In this document: positions 48,706-58,466 of the stretch, piece by piece
Layout of the letters: each line of letters starts with the position of its first letter
Position numbering within the stretch: position 1 is the stretch's first letter
From: an uncultured Chloroflexia bacterium
GTDB lineage: Bacteria; Chloroflexota; Limnocylindria; Limnocylindrales; CSP1-4
NCBI GenBank assembly: GCA_963734535.1
Contig: CAVTHS010000004.1
Location: 32,001-96,000 of the forward strand
Direction of reading: 5' to 3'
DNA length: 64,000 nucleotides
Translations under genes and position numbers: made by a program
The notes under the pieces: model-generated
Database searches by the model: none
The model's input: only the letters and a program-made list of their open reading frames with translations
Told to the model about the DNA's origin: nothing

Positions 48706-49158
48706 TCAGGGCCGGTGAAGGCCCTCGACCGCGCGTCGGAAGGCGGCCAGGGCCACGTCGGCGAGCGCGCTTGGCGTCATTGCCGCGGCACGCGCCGGCT
48801 CCCAGCGGATCGCCGCCTGGACCACGAGCGGTGCCGACCACGGATGGTCGGGATCGTCGGGCGGCACGGGCAGCCGGAGGCGGATCTGCTGGCGCCCGCC
48901 GTCCTCGAGGACGAAGCCCGACAGCCCGCCCGAAAGGAGCCGCCCGAGCCGGGCGAGCGGCGGATCCGGGGGCGGCCCCGCGGCCGGCGCCGCTGCCCGG
49001 CAGGCCACGATCCCGTCCGCGTCGGCAACCCAGAGGACCGCGAGCCACCAGCCCTCGATCTCGGTCGGGCGGTCCATGCCGGCGCGGCCGCGACGCTCGC
49101 CAAGCACGACCTCGTGCTCGCGGATGTATGAGGGTCCGGGCGGGGGCAGGCGGGGCAT
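48706..49158 (-). CDS. Hypothetical protein
   Basis: Globular-looking ORF with typical codon use; TATCCT -10 box 7 nt before the ATG. Confidence 0.65.
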   Translation of the reverse strand: MPRLPPPGPSYIREHEVVLGERRGRAGMDRPTEIEGWWLAVLWVADADGIVACRAAAPAAGPPPDPPLARLGRLLSGGLSGFVLEDGGRQQIRLRLPVPPDDPDHPWSAPLVVQAAIRWEPARAAAMTPSALADVALAAFRRAVEGLHRP

Positions 49159-49211
49159 CGCGGGCAGGATAGCCCGGGCCGCATCGTCCGACTGCCCGCG
49201 CGCCAGGGTGT

Positions 49212-49754
49212 CTACGGCGTGGCGTCCTCGCCCGGAGGCGTCGCGTCGGCCGGTCCTTCGCCCGGCTCCGGTGCAGCCTCGGGCTGCGACTCGCCGTCCG
49301 GCGCTGGTGCGGTGTCGGGCACGACCGGCATCGGGACGCCCCGTTCGGCGGCCATGGCCTCGACCCGCGCGGTGAGGTCCGCGAGCTCCGCGTCGAGGCG
49401 GATGCGAAGCATCTCGCGCCGCACGTCAGCGTCGGGCATCGCGAGTGCGGGCAGCTCGGCCTGCGTCGGTGGCGGGATCGCGTCGTCGCCGCCGACGAAG
49501 AGCGCGCCGAAGGTCCGGCGGACCTTGCGCGGCGCCGTCGGGCGCGATGCGAGCACGCCATCGATCGCCGTCACGCCCGGGATCTCCACCTGGGCATCGC
49601 CGCGGAGCGTTGCACCGCACGCGCTGCACGTCACGGCATCCGGGCTGGCGACCGCCGCCGAGCACCACGGGCACCGCGCAGCAGGGTCGGCGGGCGGCGG
49701 AAGCGGGATCTCCTGCGGCGGGACGGCGGAGTCGGGCGGTTCGTTCTCAGCCAT
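49212..49754 (-). CDS. Hypothetical zinc-ribbon protein
   Basis: CPWC..CSAC, coiled-coil-like segment and acidic tail. Confidence 0.65.
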   Translation of the reverse strand: MAENEPPDSAVPPQEIPLPPPADPAARCPWCSAAVASPDAVTCSACGATLRGDAQVEIPGVTAIDGVLASRPTAPRKVRRTFGALFVGGDDAIPPPTQAELPALAMPDADVRREMLRIRLDAELADLTARVEAMAAERGVPMPVVPDTAPAPDGESQPEAAPEPGEGPADATPPGEDATP

Positions 49755-49867
49755 GCTGGAGCGATGCTACCGGACCGGATGCTCCTGCGAGCACTCCGCG
49801 CGAACCGATCCGGCGCGTCCGCGCACCGACGCGCAGCGTCGCCTCGGCGGGTGGGCCGTGGCCCGCC

Positions 49868-51829
49868 TCACTCCCACTCGATCGTGGCGGGCGGCTTCGA
49901 GCTGATGTCGTAGACCACGCGGTTGACGCCCGGCACCTCGTTCACGATCCGGGAGCTGATCGTCCCGAGCACCTCGTAGGGGAGCTTCGCCCAGTCGGCC
50001 GTCATGCCGTCCTCGGAGGTCACCGCGCGGATCGCGACGACGTTCGCATACGTGCGATTGTCGCCCATCACGCCGACGCTCCGGACCGGGGTCAGGATCG
50101 CGAACGACTGCCAGAGGCTCCGGTAGAGGCCGGCTGCCTTGATCTCGTCGATGACGATCCAGTCCGCCTCGCGAAGCGTGTCGAGCCGCTCGGCGGTCAC
50201 CTCGCCGATGATCCTGATCGCGAGGCCGGGACCCGGGAACGGCTGGCGGAAGACCATCGCCTCGGGCAGGCCCAGCTCGAGGCCGACCAGCCGCACCTCG
50301 TCCTTGAACAGGTAGCGGAGCGGCTCGATGAGCGTGAAGCGGAGGTCGTCCGGCAGCCCGCCGACGTTGTGGTGGGTCTTGATCTTCTGGGCCGCCTTCG
50401 TCTCCGGCGTCGTGGACTCGATGACGTCCGGGTAGAGCGTCCCCTGGGTCAGGAAGTCGATCCGACCGAGCTTCGCGGCCTCCTCCTCGAAGACGCGGAT
50501 GAACTCGTCGCCGATGATCCGTCGCTTCGACTCTGGGTCGGTCACACCGGAGAGACGGGCCAGGAAGCGCATTCGCGCGTCGACCATCACCAGGCGCATC
50601 CCGAGGCTGTGCTCGAACGTGACACGCAGGAGCTCCGACTCCTTCTTGCGCATCAGGCCGTGGTCCACGTAGATGCAGGTGAGCCGATCCCCGACGGCGC
50701 GCTGCACCAGGCTCGCCGCGACGGCGGAATCGACCCCGCCGGAGAGCGCGCAGATCACGAGGCCGTCACCGCCCGTGTCGCGCGCCTGGGCGTCCACCCG
50801 GGAGCGGATCTCGTTGATGGTCGACTCGATGAAGTTGGCGGCGGTCCACGTGGGCCGGGCGCCGGCGATCTCCATCACGAAGTTGCGCAGCACGTCGCGT
50901 CCGCGCGGCGTGTGGCCCACCTCGGGATGGAACTGGATTCCGTAGAGGCCGCGGAGGGGATCCGCCATGGCGGCGAACTGCGTTGATGCCGTCTGCGCCG
51001 TGGCCCGGAAACCGGGCGGCGGCGCCACGATCGAATCGCCGTGGCTCATCCAGACCGGCTGCTCGCGGCCCAGCCCGGCGAAGAGCGGGCTGTCGTCGCT
51101 GAAGGTGATCGTCGCCGGACCGTATTCGCGCTTCGCGACCGAGACGACATCGCCGCCGAGCTCGCGCGCCATCAGGTGGAGCCCGTAGCAGATCCCCAGG
51201 ACCGGGACGCCCGCGCTCCACACCGCGGGATCAGGCCGCGGCGCGTCGGTCTCGTAGACGCTGGACGGGCCGCCGGACAGGATGATCGCGCGCGGGTGTC
51301 GCTTCGCGATCTCCGGCCACGGCGTGTCGAAGGGCAGGAGCTCGGAGTAGACGTGGAGCTCCCGCACGCGGCGCGCGATCAGCTGCGCGTACTGGCTCCC
51401 GAAGTCCAGCACCACCACGGTGTCCGGCTCGCCGCGGCTGCCCTCGCCACGCGGGACGGCGCCGCCCGGCACGTCCAGCGCCGGGCGCTCCGGCGCCGGC
51501 GCGTTGAGGGCGGTCTCGAGGTACGCCTCCACCTCCGCGTCGTCCGGGGCAAGGACACGATGGCCGGCATTGGCGAGCTCACCATGGACGGTCTTGCCGC
51601 GCTCCCGCCGGGGAGCCTCGTGGTCGTCGGGACGCGGTTCGGCGGGGACGGGGTTCGGGGCGGGCACGTCGGGACGGGGGGCTGCTCCGCGGGCCGGGCC
51701 GGCATCGTCCGGCGCCACGTCCGGGAGCGCCGCGCCGTCGTCCTCTGCGCGCGCCCGATCCGACTGCTGCTCGGCCGCGTCCAGCGCCTGCTCCGCCGCG
51801 CTCGCCTGGTGCTCCGCCGCTTCTCCCAA
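49868..51829 (-). CDS. guaA: GMP synthase (glutamine-hydrolysing) with long N-terminal extension
   Basis: [50 protein letters not shown]; GGAGGAG RBS before TTG 51829. Confidence 0.97.
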   Translation of the reverse strand: MGEAAEHQASAAEQALDAAEQQSDRARAEDDGAALPDVAPDDAGPARGAAPRPDVPAPNPVPAEPRPDDHEAPRRERGKTVHGELANAGHRVLAPDDAEVEAYLETALNAPAPERPALDVPGGAVPRGEGSRGEPDTVVVLDFGSQYAQLIARRVRELHVYSELLPFDTPWPEIAKRHPRAIILSGGPSSVYETDAPRPDPAVWSAGVPVLGICYGLHLMARELGGDVVSVAKREYGPATITFSDDSPLFAGLGREQPVWMSHGDSIVAPPPGFRATAQTASTQFAAMADPLRGLYGIQFHPEVGHTPRGRDVLRNFVMEIAGARPTWTAANFIESTINEIRSRVDAQARDTGGDGLVICALSGGVDSAVAASLVQRAVGDRLTCIYVDHGLMRKKESELLRVTFEHSLGMRLVMVDARMRFLARLSGVTDPESKRRIIGDEFIRVFEEEAAKLGRIDFLTQGTLYPDVIESTTPETKAAQKIKTHHNVGGLPDDLRFTLIEPLRYLFKDEVRLVGLELGLPEAMVFRQPFPGPGLAIRIIGEVTAERLDTLREADWIVIDEIKAAGLYRSLWQSFAILTPVRSVGVMGDNRTYANVVAIRAVTSEDGMTADWAKLPYEVLGTISSRIVNEVPGVNRVVYDISSKPPATIEWE

Positions 51830-51896
51830 CCGCCGACTCCTCCCTCGCTCGGCTCCCGTCGCGGGCGGGCCCGTCGTCCGAAGTGTACGGGCGGCG

Positions 51897-52253
51897 TCAG
51901 CCCGGCGAAGCGGGCCGCAGCCGGAAGGCTGGGCCGGCGCCCAATCGTTCGGCCGGCGTTCCGTACTTCAGGATCAGCTCCGTGATCGCCCGCGCCTTGG
52001 CCGCGCCATCGAGCTCCTCGGCGACGTACGTGCCCTCGAGCGTGCCGATCCTGGCGACGCAGCGCGGCTCGGCCAGGAGATTCGCGGCCCAGTGCGCACC
52101 GGGATCGCCGGCGGCCACCAGGAGCGAGCCATCCGGCTCGGGGACGAAGCCGACGGCCGCCACGACGTTCCGGCCGGAGGCCCGGCCCCGCGTCTCGATC
52201 GCGACGGCCTTCTCCCAGCCGACGAGCTGCTCGCCGTATGGATCTGTTGGCAC
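51897..52253 (-). CDS. Deazaflavin (F420)-dependent nitroreductase/quinone reductase family protein
   Basis: TRGRASG and W..NL.AEP motifs of the Ddn-like family. Confidence 0.7.
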   Translation of the reverse strand: MPTDPYGEQLVGWEKAVAIETRGRASGRNVVAAVGFVPEPDGSLLVAAGDPGAHWAANLLAEPRCVARIGTLEGTYVAEELDGAAKARAITELILKYGTPAERLGAGPAFRLRPASPG

Positions 52254-52288
52254 CGGAGCGGGCTCCTGCCGTCCGGCCTGCGGCCGGC

Positions 52289-53470
52289 CTACCTGCCGCG
52301 GAGCTGCCAGGACTTGCCCTCGGTGACGACCGATGGCGCGTAGACGATCTCGACCCCCTGCATCTCGCGAAGCGTCCGGGCGCCGAGCGCCGCCATCGAC
52401 TGCCGGAGGGCGCCCACCAGGTTCTGGGTGCCGTCCGTGACGTGCGACGGGCCGAACAGGATCTGCTCCATCGGGCCGACCGTCCCGACCGTGATCCGGG
52501 TGCCGCGCGGCAGCACCGGCGATGGGGCCGCCATCCCCCAGTTCGTGCCGCGGCCGGGCGCCTCATCGGCCCGGGCGAGCGGCGAGCCGAGCATGACGGC
52601 GTCGGCGCCGGCCGCGATCGCCTTCGCGATGTCGCCGCCCTTCTTCATCCCGCCATCGGCCACGACCGGGATCCAGCGGCCCGTCTCGGCGAAGTAGACG
52701 TCGCGAGCGGCGGCCACGTCGCTCACGGCGGTCACCTGCGGGACGCCGATTCCGAGCACCTCGCGGGTCGTGCACGCGGCGCCGGGCCCGACGCCCACGA
52801 AGACCGCGGCCGCGCCCTGCTCCATGAGCGCGAACGCGGCTTCGGCGTTCGTGGTGTTCCCGACGGCCACCGGGATCGGCATGATCAGGGTGAACTCGGA
52901 CAGGCTGAGCGGCTCGTATTCCGACGCCAGGTGGCGCGCGCTGCTCACCTGGCTCTGGACCAGGAAGAGGTCCGCGCCGTGCTCGGCGCAGGCCGGCCCG
53001 AACCGGCGGGCGGCGGCGGGCGTGGCCGAGACCGCTGCCTTCGAACCTGCGGCGTGGATCTCCGCGATCCGGCGGCCGATGAGCTCGTCGCGGATGGGGG
53101 CCGCATACGCCTCCGCGAGGACCGCCTGGATCTCGCCGTCGCTTGCCGTCGCGATCCGCTCGAGGATCGGCGCCGGGTCCTCGTAGCGTGCGTGGACGCC
53201 CTCGAGGTTGAGGAATGCGAGCCCGCCGAGCCCCGCGAGGACGCCGGCGCTCCGCGGGTCGACGACCGCGTCCATCGCGGCAGCCAGCACGGGGATCGCG
53301 AGCGCGATGCCGCAGAAGTCCTGGGCCAGGCGGACGTCGTTCGGCTCGACCGTCTCCGTTCCCGGCGCCAGCGAGACGTCCTCGAAGCCGTAGGTCGGCC
53401 GGATCGAGTCGACCTTGGAACGGAAGGCGCGCCGGGCCGCCGGGGCGAACGGGAGATTCTGGTCGAGCAA
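52289..53470 (-). CDS. GuaB3-type IMP dehydrogenase family protein
   Basis: YGFEDVSL.PG, GVGPGAACTTREVLGIGVPQ, ADGG, GMAAPSPVLPRGTR; no CBS domain; TTG at 53470 after AGGAGG. Confidence 0.9.
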   Translation of the reverse strand: MLDQNLPFAPAARRAFRSKVDSIRPTYGFEDVSLAPGTETVEPNDVRLAQDFCGIALAIPVLAAAMDAVVDPRSAGVLAGLGGLAFLNLEGVHARYEDPAPILERIATASDGEIQAVLAEAYAAPIRDELIGRRIAEIHAAGSKAAVSATPAAARRFGPACAEHGADLFLVQSQVSSARHLASEYEPLSLSEFTLIMPIPVAVGNTTNAEAAFALMEQGAAAVFVGVGPGAACTTREVLGIGVPQVTAVSDVAAARDVYFAETGRWIPVVADGGMKKGGDIAKAIAAGADAVMLGSPLARADEAPGRGTNWGMAAPSPVLPRGTRITVGTVGPMEQILFGPSHVTDGTQNLVGALRQSMAALGARTLREMQGVEIVYAPSVVTEGKSWQLRGR

Positions 53471-53513
53471 CTCCGGCCTCCTGGGGTGCCCTGCGGCGGG
53501 CGGGTTGCGCGGC

Positions 53514-53519
53514 ATTCTA
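53514..53519 (-). promoter_or_regulatory. Putative -10 box (TAGAAT) for guaB3
   Basis: About 45 nt upstream of the proposed start. Confidence 0.5.
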
Positions 53520-53560
53520 CCGCGCGAACGGCCCAAGCCCGTCGCCCGTCGCCCGCCGCC

Positions 53561-53633
53561 GTGCCGCGGTGCGAACCCCGCGAGGTGGCGCGGCGCGAAC
53601 CTCGCGCCGCCGTGTCGCGGGACCAACCTCGCG
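53561..53633. repeat. Three imperfect 22-bp direct repeats upstream of the guaB3 promoter
   Basis: GTGCCGCGGTGCGAACCCCGCG (53561), GTGGCGCGGCGCGAACCTCGCG (53585), GTGTCGCGGGACCAACCTCGCG (53612). Confidence 0.65.
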
Positions 53634-53639
53634 AGCGTG

Positions 53640-54149
53640 TCAGCCCTCGCGGGGAGGGCGCGCGAGCCGTCGACCGTCCATCGTCAGCTCGAACCAGGGG
53701 GCCGCCGACGCGTCGGTGAGCGACCGAACGATCCGCTCGATCGTCCGCCGGTAGGAGGGCCACACCGCCACCCTGGCTGCCTCCGCGGCCGCCATCCAGC
53801 GCGCGGCGTCGTGCTCGTGCGAAAGCCGCGGGGTCGCGTCGGAGCGAACCCGGATTGCGAAGGTCGCGGCGGCGACCACCGCGTCCGGGCCCTCGTCGTA
53901 GAACTGGTTGACCTGGTCGAGGTCGTAGAACGCCTCGATCTCCGCGGGCCCGAAGGCGACCTCCTCGGACACCTCGCGGAGCGCGGCCATCGGGACTCGC
54001 TCGCCGGCCTCGAGGCCGCCGGTCACGCACTGCCAGAGCCCCGGGAAGATGCGGCTCGCCGACCGGCGAATCAGCAGCACCTCCACTCCGCCGGATTCGG
54101 GCAGGCGGAAGATCCAGCACTCGACGAGGTCGGGCCGAACCGGGCTCAT
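53640..54149 (-). CDS. NUDIX hydrolase (NudB-like)
   Basis: WQCVTG followed by the Nudix box GGLEAGE..AALREVSEE; LSHEH. Confidence 0.88.
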   Translation of the reverse strand: MSPVRPDLVECWIFRLPESGGVEVLLIRRSASRIFPGLWQCVTGGLEAGERVPMAALREVSEEVAFGPAEIEAFYDLDQVNQFYDEGPDAVVAAATFAIRVRSDATPRLSHEHDAARWMAAAEAARVAVWPSYRRTIERIVRSLTDASAAPWFELTMDGRRLARPPREG

Positions 54150-54796
54150 CGGTCGTCGGGCCGGCCAGGCGTCACGCCAGGCTCGATCATGCGACCAGCC
54201 GCAGACCCGTCATCGAGCGCGGCCTCGAGCGCGGCGAGCTGCCCCAGATGCAGCAGGTCGTGGACCCCCGCGAAGAGGAACCACTCGCCGCAGCGAAGCC
54301 TCCCGACCAGCGGATGCTCGAGCGGGCACGGGTCCAGCTCGTGGCCGGCAATCGAGCGGCTCGCGCGCTCGAGGTGTCGGCTGCTCCGGGCCAGCCGCCG
54401 GAGGAGGTCGTCGCGACCGGCGTCGGCGGACCCCGGCACGCCCGGAGTGACCACAGGCGCGCCCGCGGGCCATCGCCCGGAAGCAGCGAGCGCGGCCGCG
54501 AGCGCCAGGCCCCGCCGCGATTCGAAGGCGTGCCCCACCGCCTCGGCGACCGTCCAGTCCGCCTCGCCTCCCGGCATCGAGAACGCGGCGTCCGGGAGCG
54601 ACCGGAGGCACGCCTCGAACGCGTCGGCAATGGCCTCGTGCTGGGGAAGGAGCCGCCCCGCGGATCCAGCGCCCGCCAGGCGCCGAACCTCGCGTCGAAC
54701 CGCGAGAGGGCGATTGTCGGCGAGGGCCCGGAACGGCGCAACGAGATCCGGCGCCAGCGGCTCGAGGGGCGCGAGCCAGTCGCTGGATTCACGCAT
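54146..54796 (-). CDS. DinB family protein
   Basis: WTVAEAVGH, HPLVG and HDLLHLGQL His triad. Confidence 0.8.
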   Translation of the reverse strand: MRESSDWLAPLEPLAPDLVAPFRALADNRPLAVRREVRRLAGAGSAGRLLPQHEAIADAFEACLRSLPDAAFSMPGGEADWTVAEAVGHAFESRRGLALAAALAASGRWPAGAPVVTPGVPGSADAGRDDLLRRLARSSRHLERASRSIAGHELDPCPLEHPLVGRLRCGEWFLFAGVHDLLHLGQLAALEAALDDGSAAGRMIEPGVTPGRPDDR

Positions 54797-54840
54797 GGGC
54801 GGATCGTACGAGATCCCTGGCGGCCCCGGCCCGGCTGGCG

Positions 54841-55170
54841 TCAGATCCGCTCGAACCGCTCCACGGGAAGCACGAAGACCGTGGCGCCGCCGACCTCGAC
54901 CTCGAGCGGGTACGGAAGGAAGAACTCGCCCGGCTCCATGATCGGCGGCATCGGGTTGACGAGCTGCGTTCGGGAGTGGCAGTTGTCGCGGATGACGGCG
55001 AGCGCCGCCTCGACCTGGTCGTCCTCCACCCCGAGGATGACCGTGGCGTTCGACTGCTTGAGGAAGCCGCCCGAGCTGTGCAGGCGCGTCGCCCGGAACT
55101 CGCGTTCGAGCAGCCCATCGACAAGGTGGCCTGCGTCCTCCGTGTGGACGATCGCGACGACGAGCTTCAC
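54841..55170 (-). CDS. darA: Cyclic-di-AMP receptor, PII-like (DarA/PstA, YaaQ family)
   Basis: MKLVVAIV..EDA, TRL.SSGGFLKQSNAT..LGV, EVGGATVFVLPVE; 109 aa. Confidence 0.92.
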   Translation of the reverse strand: MKLVVAIVHTEDAGHLVDGLLEREFRATRLHSSGGFLKQSNATVILGVEDDQVEAALAVIRDNCHSRTQLVNPMPPIMEPGEFFLPYPLEVEVGGATVFVLPVERFERI

Positions 55171-55323
55171 GCGGCCGAGTATAGGCGGCGCTCCCGGCGC
55201 CGGCGACCCGCGTGGCGGGCCGGAGGGCTCGACAGGGTCAATTCCCCGATGGAGGGCGCGTATCATCCGAGCGATCCCCGCCCGCGTGGCCGGGACGCCG
55301 CCAGACCCAGACGTGGAGGCCTC

Positions 55324-56440
55324 GTGCGCCCGCTCGATCCATCCGGTGACGCCGGATCGCTGGCCATGGCAGTCCGTGCGGTCGGCCGTGGCGACGGCCT
55401 CGATTCCGCGCTCGACGAGATCCTGCGAGGCACCGTCGAGGTGCAGGGGGCTGCGCTCGCGCTGGTCGCAACCGCGAGCGACGATGGGATGGGGCGGCAC
55501 GTCCTTCGAAGCCGCGGCCTGGCGGAGGGCGACATCGCGATCGTCGAGGCGTCCGCCCTCGATCCCGCCGATCCCCTGGCGGTCGCCGCGGCCGAGCACA
55601 GGCTGGTGGAGTCGAGCGCCACGGACCCGCGTGAAGGCCCCGGCGAACGTGGGCTCGTCGACCGCCTGGGCCTCGCCCGGCTCGAGGCGCTGCCGCTCGT
55701 CGTCGCCCGAGACGGGATCGATCACGTGGTCGGGGTGCTGGCGCTGGGCTGGAGCTCGGCGTCGCCAGGGGCCGCGGCTCCGTCCGCGACCAAGACGACG
55801 TCCGGTGCTTCGCGGCCTTCCGCGACCGGTGCGCCCTCGACGCCGCTCGCGACGCCCGGGCTGGTTGTCGCGCTGGCGGACCTCGCCGCAATCGCGATCG
55901 ACCGGGCGAACCTTGCCGCCCGAGCGGCCGAGCGCGCGGAGTGGACCGAGCGCCTCGCGCACATCGATCCGCTTACCGGGCTCGCGAACCGGCGCACGTT
56001 CGACCGCGTCCTGGAGCTGGAGCTCGCGCGCGCGGCCCGCCTGCAGAGCGAGGTCGCCGTCGCGATCTTCGACATCGACGCCTTCCGGGAGACGAACGAC
56101 GCAGCGGGACATGCGGCGGGCGACGATCGTCCTGCGGGCCGTCGCGGCGGTCATCGCGGAGCAGGTCCGGCTCGTGGACACGGTCGCGCGCATCGGCGGC
56201 GACGAGTTCGTGGTGGTCGCGCCGGGGAACGGCGGGCCGGCGGTCGCGGAGCGCGTGATCCGGGCGATCCAGGCGCTGCCGTCGGTCGATGGCCGGCCCG
56301 TCTCCGTCTCGGCGGGCATCGCGCGCTTCCCGGTCGACGGGGCCAGCCCGGAGGAGATCGTCGCGGGCGCCCTCGACGCGCTGGAGGCGGCGCGTCACGT
56401 CGGAATCGGCGCCATGGCCAGCGCGCCCGCAACGGGCTGA
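55324..56440 (+). CDS. GAF-like sensor diguanylate cyclase (apparent frameshift near 56125)
   Basis: GGAGG RBS; DPLTGLANRR and DIDAFRETND..GH.AGD, then in a shifted frame RLVD (I-site)..RIGGDEF, SVSAGIA. Confidence 0.85.
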
Positions 56441-56556
56441 CCGGCGCTTGGCCAGCGCGCCCGCGACCGGCTGAGGAGCGCGTCCGCGACGGGCCGACAG
56501 ACGCCGGAGACGGCCCGGCGCACGCCGTTCGGTTCGTTCGGGTCCTTACGGTCGCG

Positions 56557-57282
56557 TCACGCGAGCGGATCGCCGGAGGAAGCCTCGCGGTCACCGGGCC
56601 GCACCGCCGCGAGGCGTCCCGAGAGGCGCGGCCCGAGGCCCGGGATCCCGGCGAGCACGCTCCACAGCGCGGCGAAGACGTCATCCGGGGCCGCGGTGCC
56701 GTCGACGACGACCCACCGGTCCGGCTCCGCGACCGCGAACGAGAGGTACGCGGCGCGAACCCGCTCGTGGAACGCGCGATCGAAGTGCGCCTCGAACCGG
56801 GTGGTCTCCGCGGACGACTTCCGTGCGAGCCCGACCTCGACAGGGAGGTCGATGAGGATCGTCCGGTCGGGTCGCAGCCCGCCCGTGGCGAACCGGAGGA
56901 CCGACCGAAGCTCGTCGAGCGGCAGCTCGCCGCCGCCGCCCTGGTACGCGAGCGTGGAGTCCGCGTACCGATCGGAGATCACGAGGGCGCCTCGACGGAG
57001 CGCCGGCCCGATCACCTCGTCGATCAGCTGGACGCGCGCGGCGCTGAAGAGCAGCGCGTCCGTCCGCTGTGTCAGGCGAATCCCCACCGGGCCGGCGTCC
57101 ATGAGGATGGCCCGAACGCGCTCGCCGGCAGCCGTCCCGCCGGGCTCCCGGACCAGCACGACGTCCTGGCCCGCGGCGGCGGCGGCCTCCCGGAGCCGCT
57201 CGGACTGGGTCGACTTGCCGCTGCCTTCAGGGCCCTCGAGGGTCACGAACCAGCCCTTCGACCCTCGCCTGCCTTCCACCAC
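56557..57282 (-). CDS. tmk: Thymidylate kinase
   Basis: FVTLEGPEGSGKSTQ, REPGGT, DRYADSTLAYQG. Confidence 0.96.
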   Translation of the reverse strand: MVEGRRGSKGWFVTLEGPEGSGKSTQSERLREAAAAAGQDVVLVREPGGTAAGERVRAILMDAGPVGIRLTQRTDALLFSAARVQLIDEVIGPALRRGALVISDRYADSTLAYQGGGGELPLDELRSVLRFATGGLRPDRTILIDLPVEVGLARKSSAETTRFEAHFDRAFHERVRAAYLSFAVAEPDRWVVVDGTAAPDDVFAALWSVLAGIPGLGPRLSGRLAAVRPGDREASSGDPLA

Positions 57283-57352
57283 GACCTGAGTGTACCCCGG
57301 CCCACGACCGTTTCAGTCGACCGCGGCTGCGGTGCTGGCCCTCGGCTCCGGA

Positions 57353-58450
57353 TCACCTCGCAGGCGCCGGCCGGCTCCATCGTCCTGTAGCGGCAGCGAT
57401 GATCTGGTCGAGCCTGGCCGGCGCCGCGAACGCGAACGTCACGAGCAGGATCCCCGCCCACATCCCGGGCATGACGCCGGTGCCGACGAGCATCACGGCC
57501 ACGAGCGCCACGTCCCGCCGGATCGCGAGCATCGCCGGGAGCAGGAAGAGCACGCCGTACGACCGCAGCGACGGCGAGCCGAGGACCAGGAGGAGGCCGG
57601 CAGCCGCCCCGACGCGCCGGGTCGGCGCCACGATCGCGATCAGCACCGTCACCGCGGTCGCCGCGGGCGAAAGGAGTCCCGGCAGCAGCTGGACCAGCGA
57701 CGAGCCGCGCAGCTCCCAGGCCGGGTCCGCGGCGCGGCCGAGCTGCGCGATCCAGGCCTGCCATGCGCCGATCCCGACGAGTGGCAGGGTGGCGAGCGCG
57801 ACCGCAACCGCCGCACCGAGGCCGAGCAGCGCAGCGGCGGGCCGTCGACGCAGGAGCGCCACCCACGCATGCGGCTGGGTGAGCTTGAGCGCGGGCGTGA
57901 TCGCGGCAAGGGTGCCGTCGACGAGGGCCGGCCGGCCGCCGTCGCGTGGATCGCGCGGCGTCGGATGCCACGGGCCGGTCGGCGCGTCGAAGAAGACCGC
58001 CACGAACGCGGCGACCAGGAGCACCTCGGCGTTGCCGCCCACGAGGCCCTCGGCGAACGGCACCCAGCAGAGCGCAACCGGGACGGCACGCCACGGCACC
58101 CCCAGCCGCCGCGCCACGAAGAGGGCGGCGCCGAGCGTCGCCGCGAGCCACGCCGCCACCACCACGCCGCGCGGCACGGCGAGGAGCGGCGCGAGGAGCG
58201 GAAGCACCGGCGGTGGGTACAGGAACGGGAGGCCGTAGCCTTCCGGCGCGCTGAAGCTCGAGGCGAGGTACGGCTCGCCCCCGTGGACCCACCGCTCGGC
58301 CGCCCGGAGCGGGATCTCCAGGTCGACCATCGGCGGGTGGGTCAGGAGAACCACCACGCCGCCGACGATCGCGATGATCGCCGCCACGATCCCGAGCTCC
58401 CGGACCGGACTGGTCGCCCTCAGCCGGCCCGATCGGTCGACCACTTCCAC
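57353..58450 (-). CDS. Glycosyltransferase family 87-like membrane protein
   Basis: VDLEIPLRAAERW..G..PY, PFLYPP, GN and LKL motifs; multiple TM helices. Confidence 0.7.
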   Translation of the reverse strand: MEVVDRSGRLRATSPVRELGIVAAIIAIVGGVVVLLTHPPMVDLEIPLRAAERWVHGGEPYLASSFSAPEGYGLPFLYPPPVLPLLAPLLAVPRGVVVAAWLAATLGAALFVARRLGVPWRAVPVALCWVPFAEGLVGGNAEVLLVAAFVAVFFDAPTGPWHPTPRDPRDGGRPALVDGTLAAITPALKLTQPHAWVALLRRRPAAALLGLGAAVAVALATLPLVGIGAWQAWIAQLGRAADPAWELRGSSLVQLLPGLLSPAATAVTVLIAIVAPTRRVGAAAGLLLVLGSPSLRSYGVLFLLPAMLAIRRDVALVAVMLVGTGVMPGMWAGILLVTFAFAAPARLDQIIAAATGRWSRPAPAR

Positions 58451-58466
58451 GCGGCGCTGCGCGACG

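Noticed and set aside
49760-49870. guaA 3' end as a genomic-island integration site
   Set aside because: No integrase, duplicated att sequence or composition shift seen downstream.
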